This document shows positions 12,601-21,981 of a stretch of DNA of 64,000 bases, one piece after another. Each line of letters starts with the position of its first letter. Position 1 is the stretch's first letter. The notes below the pieces were generated by a model. It did no database searches and was not told where the DNA came from. It was given only the letters and a program-made list of their open reading frames with translations. The DNA lies in NCBI GenBank assembly GCA_000092065.1, contig CP000585.1; one strand, given 5' to 3'. The position numbers and the translations under genes were made by a program. This stretch comes from Ostreococcus lucimarinus. Taxonomy: Eukaryota.

Positions 12601-12902
12601 CACCACCGTCTCCAGCCTCGGTCGCAAAATCAGTGCTAATAACGCCCATCTCTACAACAACGCTATCACCGAGCACGCCGGCGCCACCACTATCGAGATC
12701 AGATAGCCTGGGGTTAGTGCAAGCGCTTTGGAAACTTTACCGAGCGTGCGTGAAAGTTTTTGAGACACACCAAAAGCTGGAGCAAGCGGAACATTTGGAG
12801 CGGTTGTTCGAGAGCGCGATTCAAGATTTGCGCGTAAGCATCGAATCAGTGGAAAATGACTTGGAGTTCGAAGAAGCTACGGACGAGATCGCGTCGCCGT
12901 AG
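6675..12902 (+). CDS. DOCK-family Rho/Rac guanine nucleotide exchange factor (SPIKE1-like), single exon
   Basis: 2075-aa ORF. N-terminal DHR-1/C2-like region with MALYDVQTRTKVSENFHFSW, matching DOCK180 ALYDVKEKKKISENFYFD. C-terminal DHR-2-like region DPKRYEWDITSKPPPESATFWRIRLLGDVWDKMQGLEWVYRE. True start codon uncertain. Confidence 0.72.
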   Translation: MWDARARDDDDARAGGATGSMTTSGSTWRAIRRGGSMHAPATGTRHGSMSSNGGSFNGTSGAAANDGGGGFRAAVIDANEIDAPHVEALVASKRARWLALEMGANDGWARGAETSERARERYDEEEDETRQTTSASTSTSGEGESDAGANDDVSEDGSLMRLYDTGIRGTHPLPGSLALPKTPASALGKMPAVSLSAATRERQTVRFTLEIAEIYFEVGALETIEGTMALYDVQTRTKVSENFHFSWPNAKQSTIAAFTVPAESLTLNIRLLVHFTHLAADEGGIEDKVYTYKDLRKAKVHAEKERQRVLGMEALRQHEAQASQKSAASVHSSDGSTQLAANEVENPNISKRRNTLAWAVLPIFDARAGAAPDRATLLSETKCSEMYRVKEAYTEFSLMEAAISSGTSHSLKSHKPIRCKLVCLLNPLDVPAPGAETNAFKFPPGLVHVKELLSFCPRTQNGELDWETAWGGAVDDGLSRDLYVYVKTIDIGKRQDLRVRMQLRDDDLDIDGRGLLAFPSPCGRGLCRESWTAMSRLRSKGGVFYHEARVRLPVRLNPSHHLVLSIFGAQSASTGLFSAGAGEEELLGHSVINLCSQPETLASKIASATTPTGGDLSLVAVRELLPKYLQSNVRTHMPYWEERKECVHVRLRLASTMHTGDVHIGALFAASAAWCNAQTPETEDKLRIAVSELSLASDRALIQHLPAILNLLVSLTLRIADPEVEMDQTEEQLSSRLSKDSRRDDDDDAISLASAALSDDLAGSIDTIANKQQSLISSLSKNERVDETQDIGTLAFHTLVRVVAAVQRVDPGPKPAVAGVVSHSPPLEAYITLAFGSLERSSSKQLTKLQTLGTSRSNVPVHAVLAKRYSAVLGAIRESYIPYEEALSMSWFFLGMIYRAIALDRAQSPSDTISMEHDDAALRQVVDILSNEVKTRGERTSPSNADLEQARNLNCGVAMFLTALFTVPGIKKQMDGAKDVKTLGRAGPLAPLATTLAALHVKSLGEGNAVHTALLREFFDTLCASPVILDIITASAVYEGKNGWTQETAKFSAGDVLVNAFTDAMESNLLTIDPMRPHGVKRAECATRIIASALTRHAWDRAWQSTGARRSIAAAYAPLLRLLIAQCQTIETLPLVARRDALVSILSLARDSDANKLWTWLSDDASRMKHFVSILSMAAKDFAYERDEKGAWSPAGPVSVDVLDSQIVSDRRMGAGHLNTCVYMIVLRLIREWHARGSSKSNWGVIRVAARAMGYRSKVPDPNETVQITRSVSLSPSESLSFDDFAREGTQGDEECEVESFNALEGVLGVMLAILSRPQSAAAWKLSAPILNSLLREHRKVLMASLHQRKDNVPIEDYPPKPAKAPGVSPYAFLQGAAIAVFKAAARPPPTRDLAVASLRTMLEAAVDIFGTSEQLCPTLIYAMHAAFFPLRPISCADGVAISLEALKSGNEVSPAGWNNSVKETLQTLQYAEICIRKLANATMNPSSMFDVSCAVELESSLALALKSSPAAHVKVLHSLSNRLAANEHWVEAAEASTAAGIIAMQAFSIAAPTLCVWFDHDVQSLRDSFFALPDGASPVPAVAGIRCGTEEISEAQILTHLSRAVDLFTKGGHLEAAIRVNETAQIAWETHRQFDSLSESHAMMAELFRRLDATSGVGDPKRYEWDITSKPPPESATFWRIRLLGDVWDKMQGLEWVYRESQDRTLGDMNKKIISQLSPYLPSGTRVTAMSTNAESVIEEGCAGVQITAVQRDLESINQAAIGGGVGGTGFTRCGRFMFDTPVLFTEDGEVSQGQGAVVASLRYQGRRRTIITVDGQFPSLLPRAPIIDTTVEEMNPCQSAIQMLEEQTIALLAAAHARRPHAELLQRLLQGSLAAGVNGGVPSLIHSFFRTELPSAVAYHGEAMREAEFLTPARAVEVSPETPTPSSRHSTPRLPMIHHKRGLSENAVPMGAGIPLDTPTSASYPTPSPSAKAPPPSPASVAKSVLITPISTTTLSPSTPAPPLSRSDSLGLVQALWKLYRACVKVFETHQKLEQAEHLERLFESAIQDLRVSIESVENDLEFEEATDEIASP

Positions 12903-12983
12903 TGTATACTCTGTTCAGTGTAAAAAAATAGAATGTCTTTCATTACCAGTAATCGTTTCTTCATTCATGTTCCATCAAGCGTT

Positions 12984-15900
12984 TCAACCAAAGACGAACT
13001 CCCAGTTTTCTTCCTTGTCCGAATCGGATGCGTCGTTCACCGTCGTTGTCGTGTCGTCAAGCGAAGCAAAGACGTCGGCCACGCTTGGACAATCTCGAGC
13101 CCGATGGCCGTGCTGCTGACAAATTTTGCATGTGTCCTCGTCGAACGAACAATCGCGAGCGAAGTGCCCAAGCTCACCGCATCTACGACATTTGTCCGTC
13201 GGTTTCGGCCCTGGTCGCAGCTCTTCGGGTCGATTGTCGGGATATAAGCAGTCCTTTGCCCAATGGCCTTTGACACCGCACCTATTGCAAACATCTTCTG
13301 AACGCGACGTAGCTTTGCGTTCACGCGGACTCGAGTTCGGCGACGATTCGTTAGACAGCTTAAAGTCTTCGAATGCCACCTTCCGGCGAACTTCGTCGTC
13401 CGAATTCATCAGTCTGAATTTTTTGGTGTGCGCGTCAGCGATAATCTTTGTTTGTTTCATCGTTGACGCGGGCGTCGTCGACGTGGGCGACTTCGCGGGA
13501 GAAACACCTGATTTGTCCGGAGTTCGCGGACTCGCGCCGCCGCGATTGACAACGTGGTATTCGACGACGTCGCGACCGATGCAACGTTCGAAAATCACAC
13601 GCGCCACGAAACAAAGCGGGACGTTTCCGCTCGACACGTTCGTACACGTGAACCGGCCGTGGAAGACGATGTTCGCGGATGCGTCCATGTTAGCATCCAA
13701 ATCAAACTCTCGCGTCGGCAAACGCTGAACGTACAACAACCGGTCGTCGTGCTCTGAGCCGATGAAGAGCATCCCCGGATATTTTGCCGGTAGATGATTC
13801 GTGCTCAAGCGGCTCTCAGAAGTATTCTTAAACGACAGCTTGACGTCGACGCTGTAGGACTCCTTCGACATGGCGTGATGCGTCATTTCAACCTTGAGCT
13901 CGGATGGAAAATCCTTTACGTCACCTTGAAGGGTGTTGCCAAACGGAAACGACTTGCCGAGCTTCATTTCGATGCGACGCGGATCTGCGTCTTCAACGTC
14001 TTCGAGCGTCATAATTCTAGCTTCAATGAGCTTTTCGATAACTTTTTTCATGCGCGAGTGCTTGAGCTGTCGAATTTGCACTTTCGTGTCCGGCCACATG
14101 TGCACGTCGAGACCTTTGGCGAGCGAAAAGGCGTTCGCTGCAGCGGTAAACGTCAACGTGGATTGATAGTACTCTGACGCCGCGCGCATGATGCGAGTTC
14201 CGAGCTGAAGAACTTTATCACCTTCCATTCGCATCGACGGATGCGAGAGCGTGATGCTCGGTTCGACCACGTCAGTTAAAATATACTGCGCCAAAAGATA
14301 CAGCTTTTCGCCCGGCGTACGAATTACCTTCGCTAAGGACAACTTTTGCGACTTTCCAGTAGTCTCTTGCACGGGAAAGCGAATAATCTTTTGATCTGTG
14401 TTCAACTGCTTCAACAACTTCCTTTCATCTCGGCGAAGCTTGATGTCTTTGAACTCGTAACTCTCACACAACATTCTTAAAAGATCCGCGTACGACGGTG
14501 TCGCGACGTTTCGCATGATGTTCTTCATCGTTTTGAAGCGCAAATAACGAAGAGACATGATGTCTCCGGCTTTGAGCGGTTGAAGCGCGCTATTTCCTAC
14601 CACGGCGCACATTCCTGACGCAATAAGCTCATCCAAAGTCGCCTTGATTAACCGCTTCACGTGTTCTGTCACCGTATCATCGTTCTTAATTCCGTACTTT
14701 CTTGGTTCCGCGCAAACGCGAATATAGTAATACGTGCTTTGCACCCACTCCAGGACGTCGTCCACCGTGTTCACAGTTCGACAGCTTATTTCAGCGTTTA
14801 AGTACTCAGGCAGCGATGAACCGAGACTTGACTCGAGCGGATACTTGCCATGAACTAATCCCTCGTAGCGCGATCGCAAAGAGTTCTTCGTCATCACCAC
14901 CGCCACGCCCTCGGTGTCGAATTGAGGTCGCCCCGCGCGGCCGATCATCTGAAGTAGGGTGTCCATGGATATTTCCTTGTACGCGCCACCACCGTCGTAA
15001 ATATCCGTACCAGCGACGACGCACAAGTACGCTGGAAGATTAACGCCCACAGCTAAAGTGCTCGTACTGCACAAAACCATAATAGCGCGAGAGCAAAACA
15101 ATCCCTCGACCAACTCGCGATCGCCTCGTTCCAGCCCGGCGTGATGAAACGCTACGCCGGCGGTGATACACTCAGCAAGATGTTTGTTCTGCGCTTGCAT
15201 GGACGCTTCGAGCAAGAATTGGGAGAGTTGTGGGTTTACGAACTGTCTACGAGAGTCCACCACGAGCTGCTTCGCCGTCTGCTGCGCGTCATTGCGACTG
15301 CCCAAAAACACGAGCGTCTGCTTGCCGCGATAGAATTCCCGAATCACCGCAAACACTTTTTGCTTGAGATACTTGTTGAATAAAAAATCGCTCGTTGTGT
15401 CCGGAAAACTGCGCACGTACGTCTGTAACTTGACAGGTCGAAACTCTTCACCGAACACAAACGTGCCATCGCGATTGGCGCCGAGCCAATTCGCGAGGTT
15501 TTCAATGTTCGGAATCGTCGCACTCACGGCGCCAAAGCGAACGTTTCGCAAGTGCGATTGCAATAGAGCCGACGACTTGCTCAGCAACTTTAAACGACTA
15601 ACAATGGCTTCCAAACACCCTCCACGAATGTCACCGATGAGATGCACTTCATCAATCAACACCGCGGCGACGTCGCTGAAGAACGACATCCCGCCGCGGT
15701 TCGCGTCCAGACGAGTCACGCGGTCGAATTTTTCCGGCGTGGCCAAAATCGCATCGACATTCTCAATCTCCCCCCACACGTCCCCACCAAAATCGTTATC
15801 TCCCGTCAACTCCGCAAACGTGATTCCGATCCGGCCTAATCGTTCTCGCCATTCGCGCGCCTTTTCGCTCACCAAAGCCCGACTCGGCGCGAGATAAATC

Positions 15901-16015
15901 ACCTTTCTCCGCCCTCGCGCCGCGCTCAATCCCCCCTCCGTCGCGTTCGGTCCTCGCAACGCCGCCAACATCGCCAACTCAAACACCGTCGTTTTCCCGC
16001 TCCCCGTCGGCGCGC
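12984..16015 (-). CDS. MER3: MER3/HFM1-type Ski2-like DNA helicase, exon 2 (motif I onward, Sec63 domain, three C-terminal CCHC zinc knuckles)
   Basis: The ORF frame continues upstream of its listed GTG start and reads AGAPTGSGKTTVFELAM. Motifs LIDEVHLIGD and ATPEKFD..TR are Brr2/Mer3/ASCC3-type. C-terminus has CNRCGVKGHWAKDC, CRRCGELGHFARDC and CKICQQHGHRARDC. The exon begins after the acceptor cag at 16016..16018. Confidence 0.8.
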
Positions 16016-16113
16016 CTGCGTTCGCGTTCGACGCGCGATCACGCGTTCATTCGTCAGTCCTTTCCAAAACGAGGCACTCGCCGCGCGTCTCGCGTTCGCG
16101 TCGCGTCACGCAC
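16016..16113 (-). other. spliceosomal intron (98 nt) of the MER3-like gene, donor GTGCGT, acceptor CAG
   Basis: Joining exon 1 ...FNSIQSEMLEFLVNTRRSFVM-S to exon 2 APTGSGKT restores the conserved Ski2-like FNxIQS...FVxAPTGSGKT block in frame. The unspliced frame hits TGA. Confidence 0.7.
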
Positions 16114-16483
16114 TCATCACGAAGCTCCGTCGCGTGTTCACCAAAAACTCGAGCATCTCGCTCTGAATGCTGTTGAAATACCTACGACGCGCGCGTCGTC
16201 GCGACGCCTTCGCGTCAGTCCGTCGCGTCGCGCGCGACACCGTCGTTCCCGCGCGACCGTTGCGAACGCACTTGAAATCAAACGCTCTGGCCGTGTCTAA
16301 AGGTTCTATGTCCGTCGTCGCGCGCAGCGCGTCCCGACGCGGACGCGCGTACATGACGCGTCGCGATGATTTCTTTCGTTCGCGCGCGCGCGCGCGTCGT
16401 CGCGCGACGCGCGTCGTCGTGTGCGGACCGCTCTTTCCCCTCGCGCGAAGTGCCGAGTCTCTCGGAACTGGAGACGAGTCCAT
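16114..16483 (-). CDS. MER3: MER3-like helicase, exon 1 (N-terminal region ending with the FNSIQS Q-like motif)
   Basis: Lies in the frame of ORF 16106..17119. Putative ATG at 16483..16481 (MDSSPVPRD...). The rest of that 337-aa ORF is Arg-rich and probably non-coding. Start is tentative. Confidence 0.45.
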
Positions 16484-16570
16484 CTCGCTGAGTCGTGACT
16501 CGTCAAAATCAAATCGACGTGAGGAATTCGCGCGTCGAGTCGACACACGGCGACGCGCGCGCTCGACTCG
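16484..16570. promoter_or_regulatory. putative bidirectional promoter between MER3-like (-) and patatin-like (+) start codons (about 87 bp)
   Basis: Start codons diverge at 16483 and 16571. Inferred only. Confidence 0.25.
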
Positions 16571-16764
16571 ATGCGCGCGCGACGCGAGACGACGACGGAC
16601 GACGCGAGTCGCGCGTCGGACGCGCGCGACGACGCGTCGACGCCGGAGACGTCGGCGAAACGCGACGCGCGATACGAATATGAGATCGCGTTGGGGAGCA
16701 GTGGATGGTTGTTCGTGTATTACGTCGGCGTCGTCAAGGCGATGCGCGAACGAGGGATGGCGAG
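16571..16764 (+). CDS. patatin-like phospholipase, exon 1
   Basis: ORF 16571..16843 contains IALGSSGWLFVYYVGVVKAMRERGMA, matching the PNPLA glycine-rich ISFAGCGFLGVYHIGV. Donor GTGCGC at 16765. Confidence 0.5.
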
Positions 16765-16926
16765 GTGCGCGTTGAAGATGTTTGCGCGGTGCGCGCGCGG
16801 TTCGGAACGCGACGGCGCGCGAGAGGGTGGTTCGGTGGCGTAAGATGGGGACGCCGACGCCGGACGACGCGTCTCGCGCGACGACGGATGACTGACGAAA
16901 CGGCGGCGATTTTACGATGCGCGCAG

Positions 16927-18313
16927 TAAAACGAAGGTGTACGGGACCTCTGGTGGGGCACTTTCGGGGGCGTTGTTGTTCATGGACTGCGATTTGGACG
17001 CGTTGGCGCAGTATGTGTACATTTGCGCGGCGCGAGCGCGGCGGTCGGTGTTGGGGGCGTTTCAACTGCGCGCGTACTGTCGAGGCGCGATGACGGAGTT
17101 TTGTGATCCCAAGGCGCATGAGTTACTGTCCGGGAGGTTTGAAGTGTCGATCACGAGAATACTGCCGTCGTGGAAGAATCTACGAATCAGTTCGTTTCCG
17201 ACGTATGACTTTTTGATTCAGGCGTTGTTGTGCTCGGCGTGCATCGTGCCGCTGAGCGGGTTGCCGATGTGGTTGCGAGGTTTCGGTTTGTGCCTGGACG
17301 GTGCTGTGACGGACATGCAGGTTTGGAAAGGGTTTAAGAAAGATGGCACCTTCAGCAAGTTGCATTGCAAGGAGGCGAACCCGAACATCGTCATCGTCAA
17401 TCCATTTTATTCGTCGCGGGCGGACATCAAGCCGAGCAAGTACATCCCGGTTTGGTGGTGCTTTTACCCGCCAGAGCCGTACAAATTGAAGCAGCTCTTC
17501 GAGATGGGATACGCAGACGCGCACGATTGGTACGAGCGCACGCACGGCTTAGCGAAAACATTGAAGTCGTCGCCCAAAACGCGAGCGGTGGGCAGCGACG
17601 ACGGCGCTTCCGCGGAAGACGAAGAACCGCCGCGAAGCTGGGCGACAGACTGTCAAGAGTGGGCGAGCCAGAGCGCAGAGACGGCGGCTCGCCGCGCGGC
17701 CGCTGCGGCTGAATCCGCGCGTCGTGCGGCGGCAAAACACGCCGACGAGTTTGGATCTTTCATGAAGCACGAAGCCGAGCTCGTGACGCGCATGAGTTTC
17801 AAAGCAGCCGAGGTTGCGTCCGCGGCGGCGCGAAGCGTGAGCGAGATGAAGGACGACAGAAATTTCGCAGAGCGCGCCGACGCCGCGGCGCACGCCACCT
17901 TAGACGCGTTTGTCGTCGTCGGCAAGGGTACCATCATACCCTTCAGATTGGTTCTCAAAATTGCCGCCTGTTTGCTCGTTTACATGGAGCTCGTAGTTCA
18001 AGCGTTCGTCGCCTTTGTCGGCGCCACGGTGGCGTGCATCTTTCCGGGTAAAGTCGGTCGACAGGGCACTGAGTTGTGGCACAGGTGCCGGGCATTTTCC
18101 CAACCGTTGCCGCGTGTGTTGCTCCAAGCCGTACCAGGAATCAAAATTGAGGCGAAAATCAACGAACGTACCGCTAAACAGCTCGGAGAGCTGTCCGCGT
18201 TGTACCGTTTGCTGTGTTATCTCGTGCACATGGAGGAGCGCGAGTTCGAGATTCTTCGAAAACGACTTTCGCAAGGCAATCTAAGCGCGCTCGTAGACGA
18301 CGTTAAAACGTAG
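16927..18313 (+). CDS. patatin-like phospholipase, exon 2 (GTSGG lipase motif onward)
   Basis: Acceptor cag 16924..16926. Frame reads S-KTKVYGTSGGALSGALL (GxSxG nucleophile elbow). The 162-nt intron carries an in-frame TGA. Continues to the stop at 18313. Confidence 0.55.
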
Positions 18314-18445
18314 AAACGTAGCCCATCATGTATCAAAAATTAGAACGTCTCGTGTTGTTTATTAAAAACTGATTTGTCATCGCGTGTCGCGCTCTTCGAA
18401 AGAGTCCAGAGGCGTCGACGGAAAAAACGCCGCGGGAAGAATCGT

Positions 18446-19318
18446 CTACCACCACGCCTTTTCGCCGTCGGTACCCGCCACGCGGATACCGTCGCTTCCG
18501 GCGACGATGACTTGGTACGCCATGCCAACGAACAAACCGTGATCGACAACGCCGACGGTGTTCTTCAACTGGTTCGCCGCAGCCACCGGGTCCGCGAGCG
18601 GCGTCTTGAAGTGCAAATCCACGATGTAGTTGCCGTTATCCGTCACCGCGATGTTATCGCCGTCGTTCTTATTGTTCGACGACGACCCCATGCGCAAGAT
18701 CGGTTCGCACCCAGCCAACGCCGGAAGCTTACCGATCGTTCGCAGCGTGTGCATGTGGCAAAACGGCGTGATTTCCACCGGCAAAGGGAAACCCGGTCCG
18801 AGACCCTTGCAAAGCTTGGACTCGTCCACGATGACGACAAACTTCTTCGCCATGACCTCAACCATCTTTTCTCGCAGCAGCGCACCACCGCCGCCCTTCA
18901 CGAGCGCCAACGCCGGATCAACCTCATCCGCACCATCGATCGCGACGTCCAATTCGCTCTTTTCATTCAGCGTGCACAACGGAATGTTCAGCGACTCGGC
19001 TTGCTCGCGCGTGCGCTCGCTCGTCGGGATGCAAATCACATCCTTGAGCTCCCCGCTCGCCAGCTTTTGTCCGACGCGTTCGACCGCGTAGTACGCCGTG
19101 GATCCCGTACCGAGGCCGACGACCATACCGCTCGTCACGTGGTCGTCCACGGACTTGTATCCGACGAGTTTCTTCAGTTCGTCTTGGCTCAGCGCCATGG
19201 TTTTCGTCGTCGAAGATCGCGCCTTGGCGAAGCGTCGCGCGGGCGCGAGCTTGGAGCGGTCGAGCGCTTTGGAGACGACGGTCGTTCGCGCGGTCGCGGT
19301 GAGGCCTTGGGCGAGCAT
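18446..19318 (-). CDS. RPI: ribose-5-phosphate isomerase A with N-terminal plastid-type transit peptide
   Basis: C-terminal 250 aa of ORF 18446..20971 is canonical RpiA (GLGTGST, DGADEVD, KGGGGAL). Start taken at MLAQGLTATARTTVV (ATG 19318..19316). Mature-like M is at 19198. The remaining roughly 550 aa of the ORF is antisense to the SLC4-like gene and rejected. Confidence 0.88.
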   Translation of the reverse strand: MLAQGLTATARTTVVSKALDRSKLAPARRFAKARSSTTKTMALSQDELKKLVGYKSVDDHVTSGMVVGLGTGSTAYYAVERVGQKLASGELKDVICIPTSERTREQAESLNIPLCTLNEKSELDVAIDGADEVDPALALVKGGGGALLREKMVEVMAKKFVVIVDESKLCKGLGPGFPLPVEITPFCHMHTLRTIGKLPALAGCEPILRMGSSSNNKNDGDNIAVTDNGNYIVDLHFKTPLADPVAAANQLKNTVGVVDHGLFVGMAYQVIVAGSDGIRVAGTDGEKAWW

Positions 19319-19400
19319 CGACGGGCAGACGGCGCGCGCGTCACGGTATGAGGCGCGGCCGCGTGTTATCCATCGGCACTCACGCGCGCCCGCGAGCGCG
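19319..19400. promoter_or_regulatory. putative bidirectional promoter, RpiA (-) / SLC4-like (+), 82 bp between start codons
   Basis: Inferred from the divergent start codons at 19318 and 19401. Confidence 0.25.
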
Positions 19401-21860
19401 ATGCGCGCCTCCGACGACGCGGGCGTCGATCGCGATGTCGTCGATCGCGCGGACGACGCGGGGCGCGACGACGCGTCGACGGCGCGCGCGAAAGGCGTGG
19501 ATGAGGAAACGGCGTTGCCGCTCTGGACGCGCTTTCTGTGCGAACTGCGCGGCGAATTGAGCGCGGAATCCATCGCGGTGCGCTCGCACACGTGGCGGGA
19601 GATCGACATCGTGTCCTCGCTCGTGCGCAAGGTGGCGGGACGGACGACGGGGACGGTGAAGATCGGAAGGGTGTTCACGGCGGCGAACGAGCGCGGCTGC
19701 GCGGCGCTCGTGGGCGAGGAGATGGAAGATTTCGGCGGTGAAGACGAGATATCGAGGGATGGGGACGTGATGGCGAAGAGATTACGAGCGAGGACGTGCC
19801 GAGTGGCGGTGAGCACGCTGGAGCGGGACGTGAACCTGGGTGCGGTGGACGGGAGAAATACGAAGGTGGTGCTCTTCGTGACGGTGCCGCAGTCGTTGCA
19901 CCCGCGAGGGGCGCTGGAGGATCTGAGCCGGTTGGAGGCGCTGAAGACGATGAAAATGGGATTTAGAAAATTGATCGCTGAGACAGATTTCGTGCGGGAC
20001 TGCAGAGGGGCGAAGATGGCTTCGGAAGTTGTGAGCGCGTACGAGGAGGCGTGTTCGGTGCTCACCGGACAACATTTTCGCCGAGCCGAGGCGGAGGCGC
20101 AGATGGCGTCCAAGCGAGGCGCCGATTTCACAGGAAAATTTGCTGGGGGTATTGTGAGCGATTTCAAGCGACGATGGGCGGTGTATAAGAGTGATTGGGT
20201 CGATGGATTCAAGGCGCCGACGAAGTGCTTGAGCGCGACGCTCTTCATGTACTTTGCTTGTCTCGGACCTGCAATCGCGTTCGGGGGGTTGGCGTATAAA
20301 GAAACGGACGGGCACGTCGGGGCGATGGAATATTTGTGCAGCCAAGCGCTCAGTGGGATAATATGGGCCGTGTTCTCGGGACAGCCCGAGATCGTGCTAC
20401 GCCCGGCGGGTCCGCAGACGGTGTTCCTCATAGAACTGTTCAAACGATGCAAGGCGTGGAGGATCGACTTCCTCGTCACGTCTGCGTGGGTCGGGGTTTG
20501 GACTGGGATTTTCATGCTATGTATTGCCTCATTCGACGCGTGCGCTTGGGTCGCGAACAAGTGCACAAAGTTTACGCAAGATATATTCAGTCTCTTTGTG
20601 TGCGCGATTTTCATCTTTGAAGGATTCAAAAACTTGTTCACGTACTTTTCAGACGACAAATACTCAACCGCAGCCGCTTTGTTTAGCTTGATGTTAGGTG
20701 TCATGACGTTACAACTTGGTCTGTGGGCGGTGCATCTTCGCAGTTCGCCGTATATGAACGCGACTATTCGTGAACTCACCGCGGATTTTGGTCTGGCCTC
20801 CGCCGTCATCATCGCGAGCGTCACGGCGAAGCTGTCGAAGATTTCGGGGCTGGAGCACTTACAAATTTCAAACAACTTTGAACCTTCTATGCAGCGCGAT
20901 TGGTGGATTGATTTGGGTTCAGGCGATAAGTTCATCCCCTTGATTGCAATCTTCCCAGCTCTCATGCTCACGGCGTTGTACTACGTCGACATGAACGTGG
21001 CGACATTGCTTTGCAACACGCCGCGCCTGAAGATGCGTAAGGGCGCGGCTTATCATTACAACTTTGCCGTGCTCGCAATATTGGTCTTCATCACCTCGAT
21101 GCTCGGACTGCCACCTCCCACGGGATCGCTGCCGCACTCGCCGCAGTACGTGTTGGCGCTCAGCGACGTAGAAGAGTACACCGTGGACGGCGAGACGCGC
21201 ACGAAAGTCATCAAGGTGCATGAACAGCGACTCAGTCCGCTGCTTGTCAACGTTCTCGTAGCTCTGAGCTTCGTCGTGATACCCGCGCTAAAATCAATCC
21301 CCATGAGTGTGCTCTTCGGATTGTTCATCTACACCGGCATCATGGGATTGTACGACAACCATTTCTGGGAGCGGATCACCATCGCGTTCATGGAACCGCG
21401 CTTGCATCCGCCGACGTCGTACGTCAGGCACGTACCGCTCAGTCGCGTGCACGCATTTACGTGCGTACAAATCGCGTGTGTCGGTGTGCTATGGGGTATT
21501 CGAAGCTCGCCGATCGCCTTGACGTTTCCCATCTTTATTTTAGCGTTGATGCCGCTTCGCATTTTACTGTTCAAGAAGTTCAACATGTTTTCGCCGGAAT
21601 GGCTCGAACTCTTGGACGCAAAGGGCGCAAAACCGTACGAGGTGGACGAAGACAACCAAATCATGGAAGATGGTCGGGAGAACAAATGGTTGTCCAACAC
21701 CGGCACGGCGAGCGCTTCGAATTTCATGGAATTCGCCGGCTTGCACGAATCCGGTCCCGCATTCGGCAACGCGGCGTCCTTACACGCGCACACGCGTTCC
21801 GACGCGGATGCCATGATAACAGCGCGAAATCGGATACCACTTACACCGCTTACGAAATAA
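19401..21860 (+). CDS. SLC4/bicarbonate-transporter family anion exchanger (BOR/AE-like)
   Basis: ORF 19098..21860. Start chosen at MRASDDAGVD (ATG 19401), downstream of the RpiA start. Transmembrane core FACLGPAIAFGGLAYKETDGHVGAMEYLCSQALSGIIWAVFSGQPEIVL matches the AE1 FGGLLGE...QPLLVV block. Confidence 0.78.
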   Translation: MRASDDAGVDRDVVDRADDAGRDDASTARAKGVDEETALPLWTRFLCELRGELSAESIAVRSHTWREIDIVSSLVRKVAGRTTGTVKIGRVFTAANERGCAALVGEEMEDFGGEDEISRDGDVMAKRLRARTCRVAVSTLERDVNLGAVDGRNTKVVLFVTVPQSLHPRGALEDLSRLEALKTMKMGFRKLIAETDFVRDCRGAKMASEVVSAYEEACSVLTGQHFRRAEAEAQMASKRGADFTGKFAGGIVSDFKRRWAVYKSDWVDGFKAPTKCLSATLFMYFACLGPAIAFGGLAYKETDGHVGAMEYLCSQALSGIIWAVFSGQPEIVLRPAGPQTVFLIELFKRCKAWRIDFLVTSAWVGVWTGIFMLCIASFDACAWVANKCTKFTQDIFSLFVCAIFIFEGFKNLFTYFSDDKYSTAAALFSLMLGVMTLQLGLWAVHLRSSPYMNATIRELTADFGLASAVIIASVTAKLSKISGLEHLQISNNFEPSMQRDWWIDLGSGDKFIPLIAIFPALMLTALYYVDMNVATLLCNTPRLKMRKGAAYHYNFAVLAILVFITSMLGLPPPTGSLPHSPQYVLALSDVEEYTVDGETRTKVIKVHEQRLSPLLVNVLVALSFVVIPALKSIPMSVLFGLFIYTGIMGLYDNHFWERITIAFMEPRLHPPTSYVRHVPLSRVHAFTCVQIACVGVLWGIRSSPIALTFPIFILALMPLRILLFKKFNMFSPEWLELLDAKGAKPYEVDEDNQIMEDGRENKWLSNTGTASASNFMEFAGLHESGPAFGNAASLHAHTRSDADAMITARNRIPLTPLTK

Positions 21861-21981
21861 TACCAGTGAGCTTCGGTGCGAGGGGGTTTGGACCGCAATT
21901 GGTAGACGTTTTTAATATTTAGTGAATTTTTGTGCGTTGCACTCATGAATCTTGAATTTCGATGGGTCGACTAACGATTGA

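Noticed and set aside
16106-17119. 337-aa minus-strand ORF with an Arg-rich sequence
   Set aside because: Composition is Arg/Ala-dominated and typical of antisense or non-coding GC-rich DNA. Only the last about 120 aa (16114..16483) are kept as the probable MER3 exon 1.
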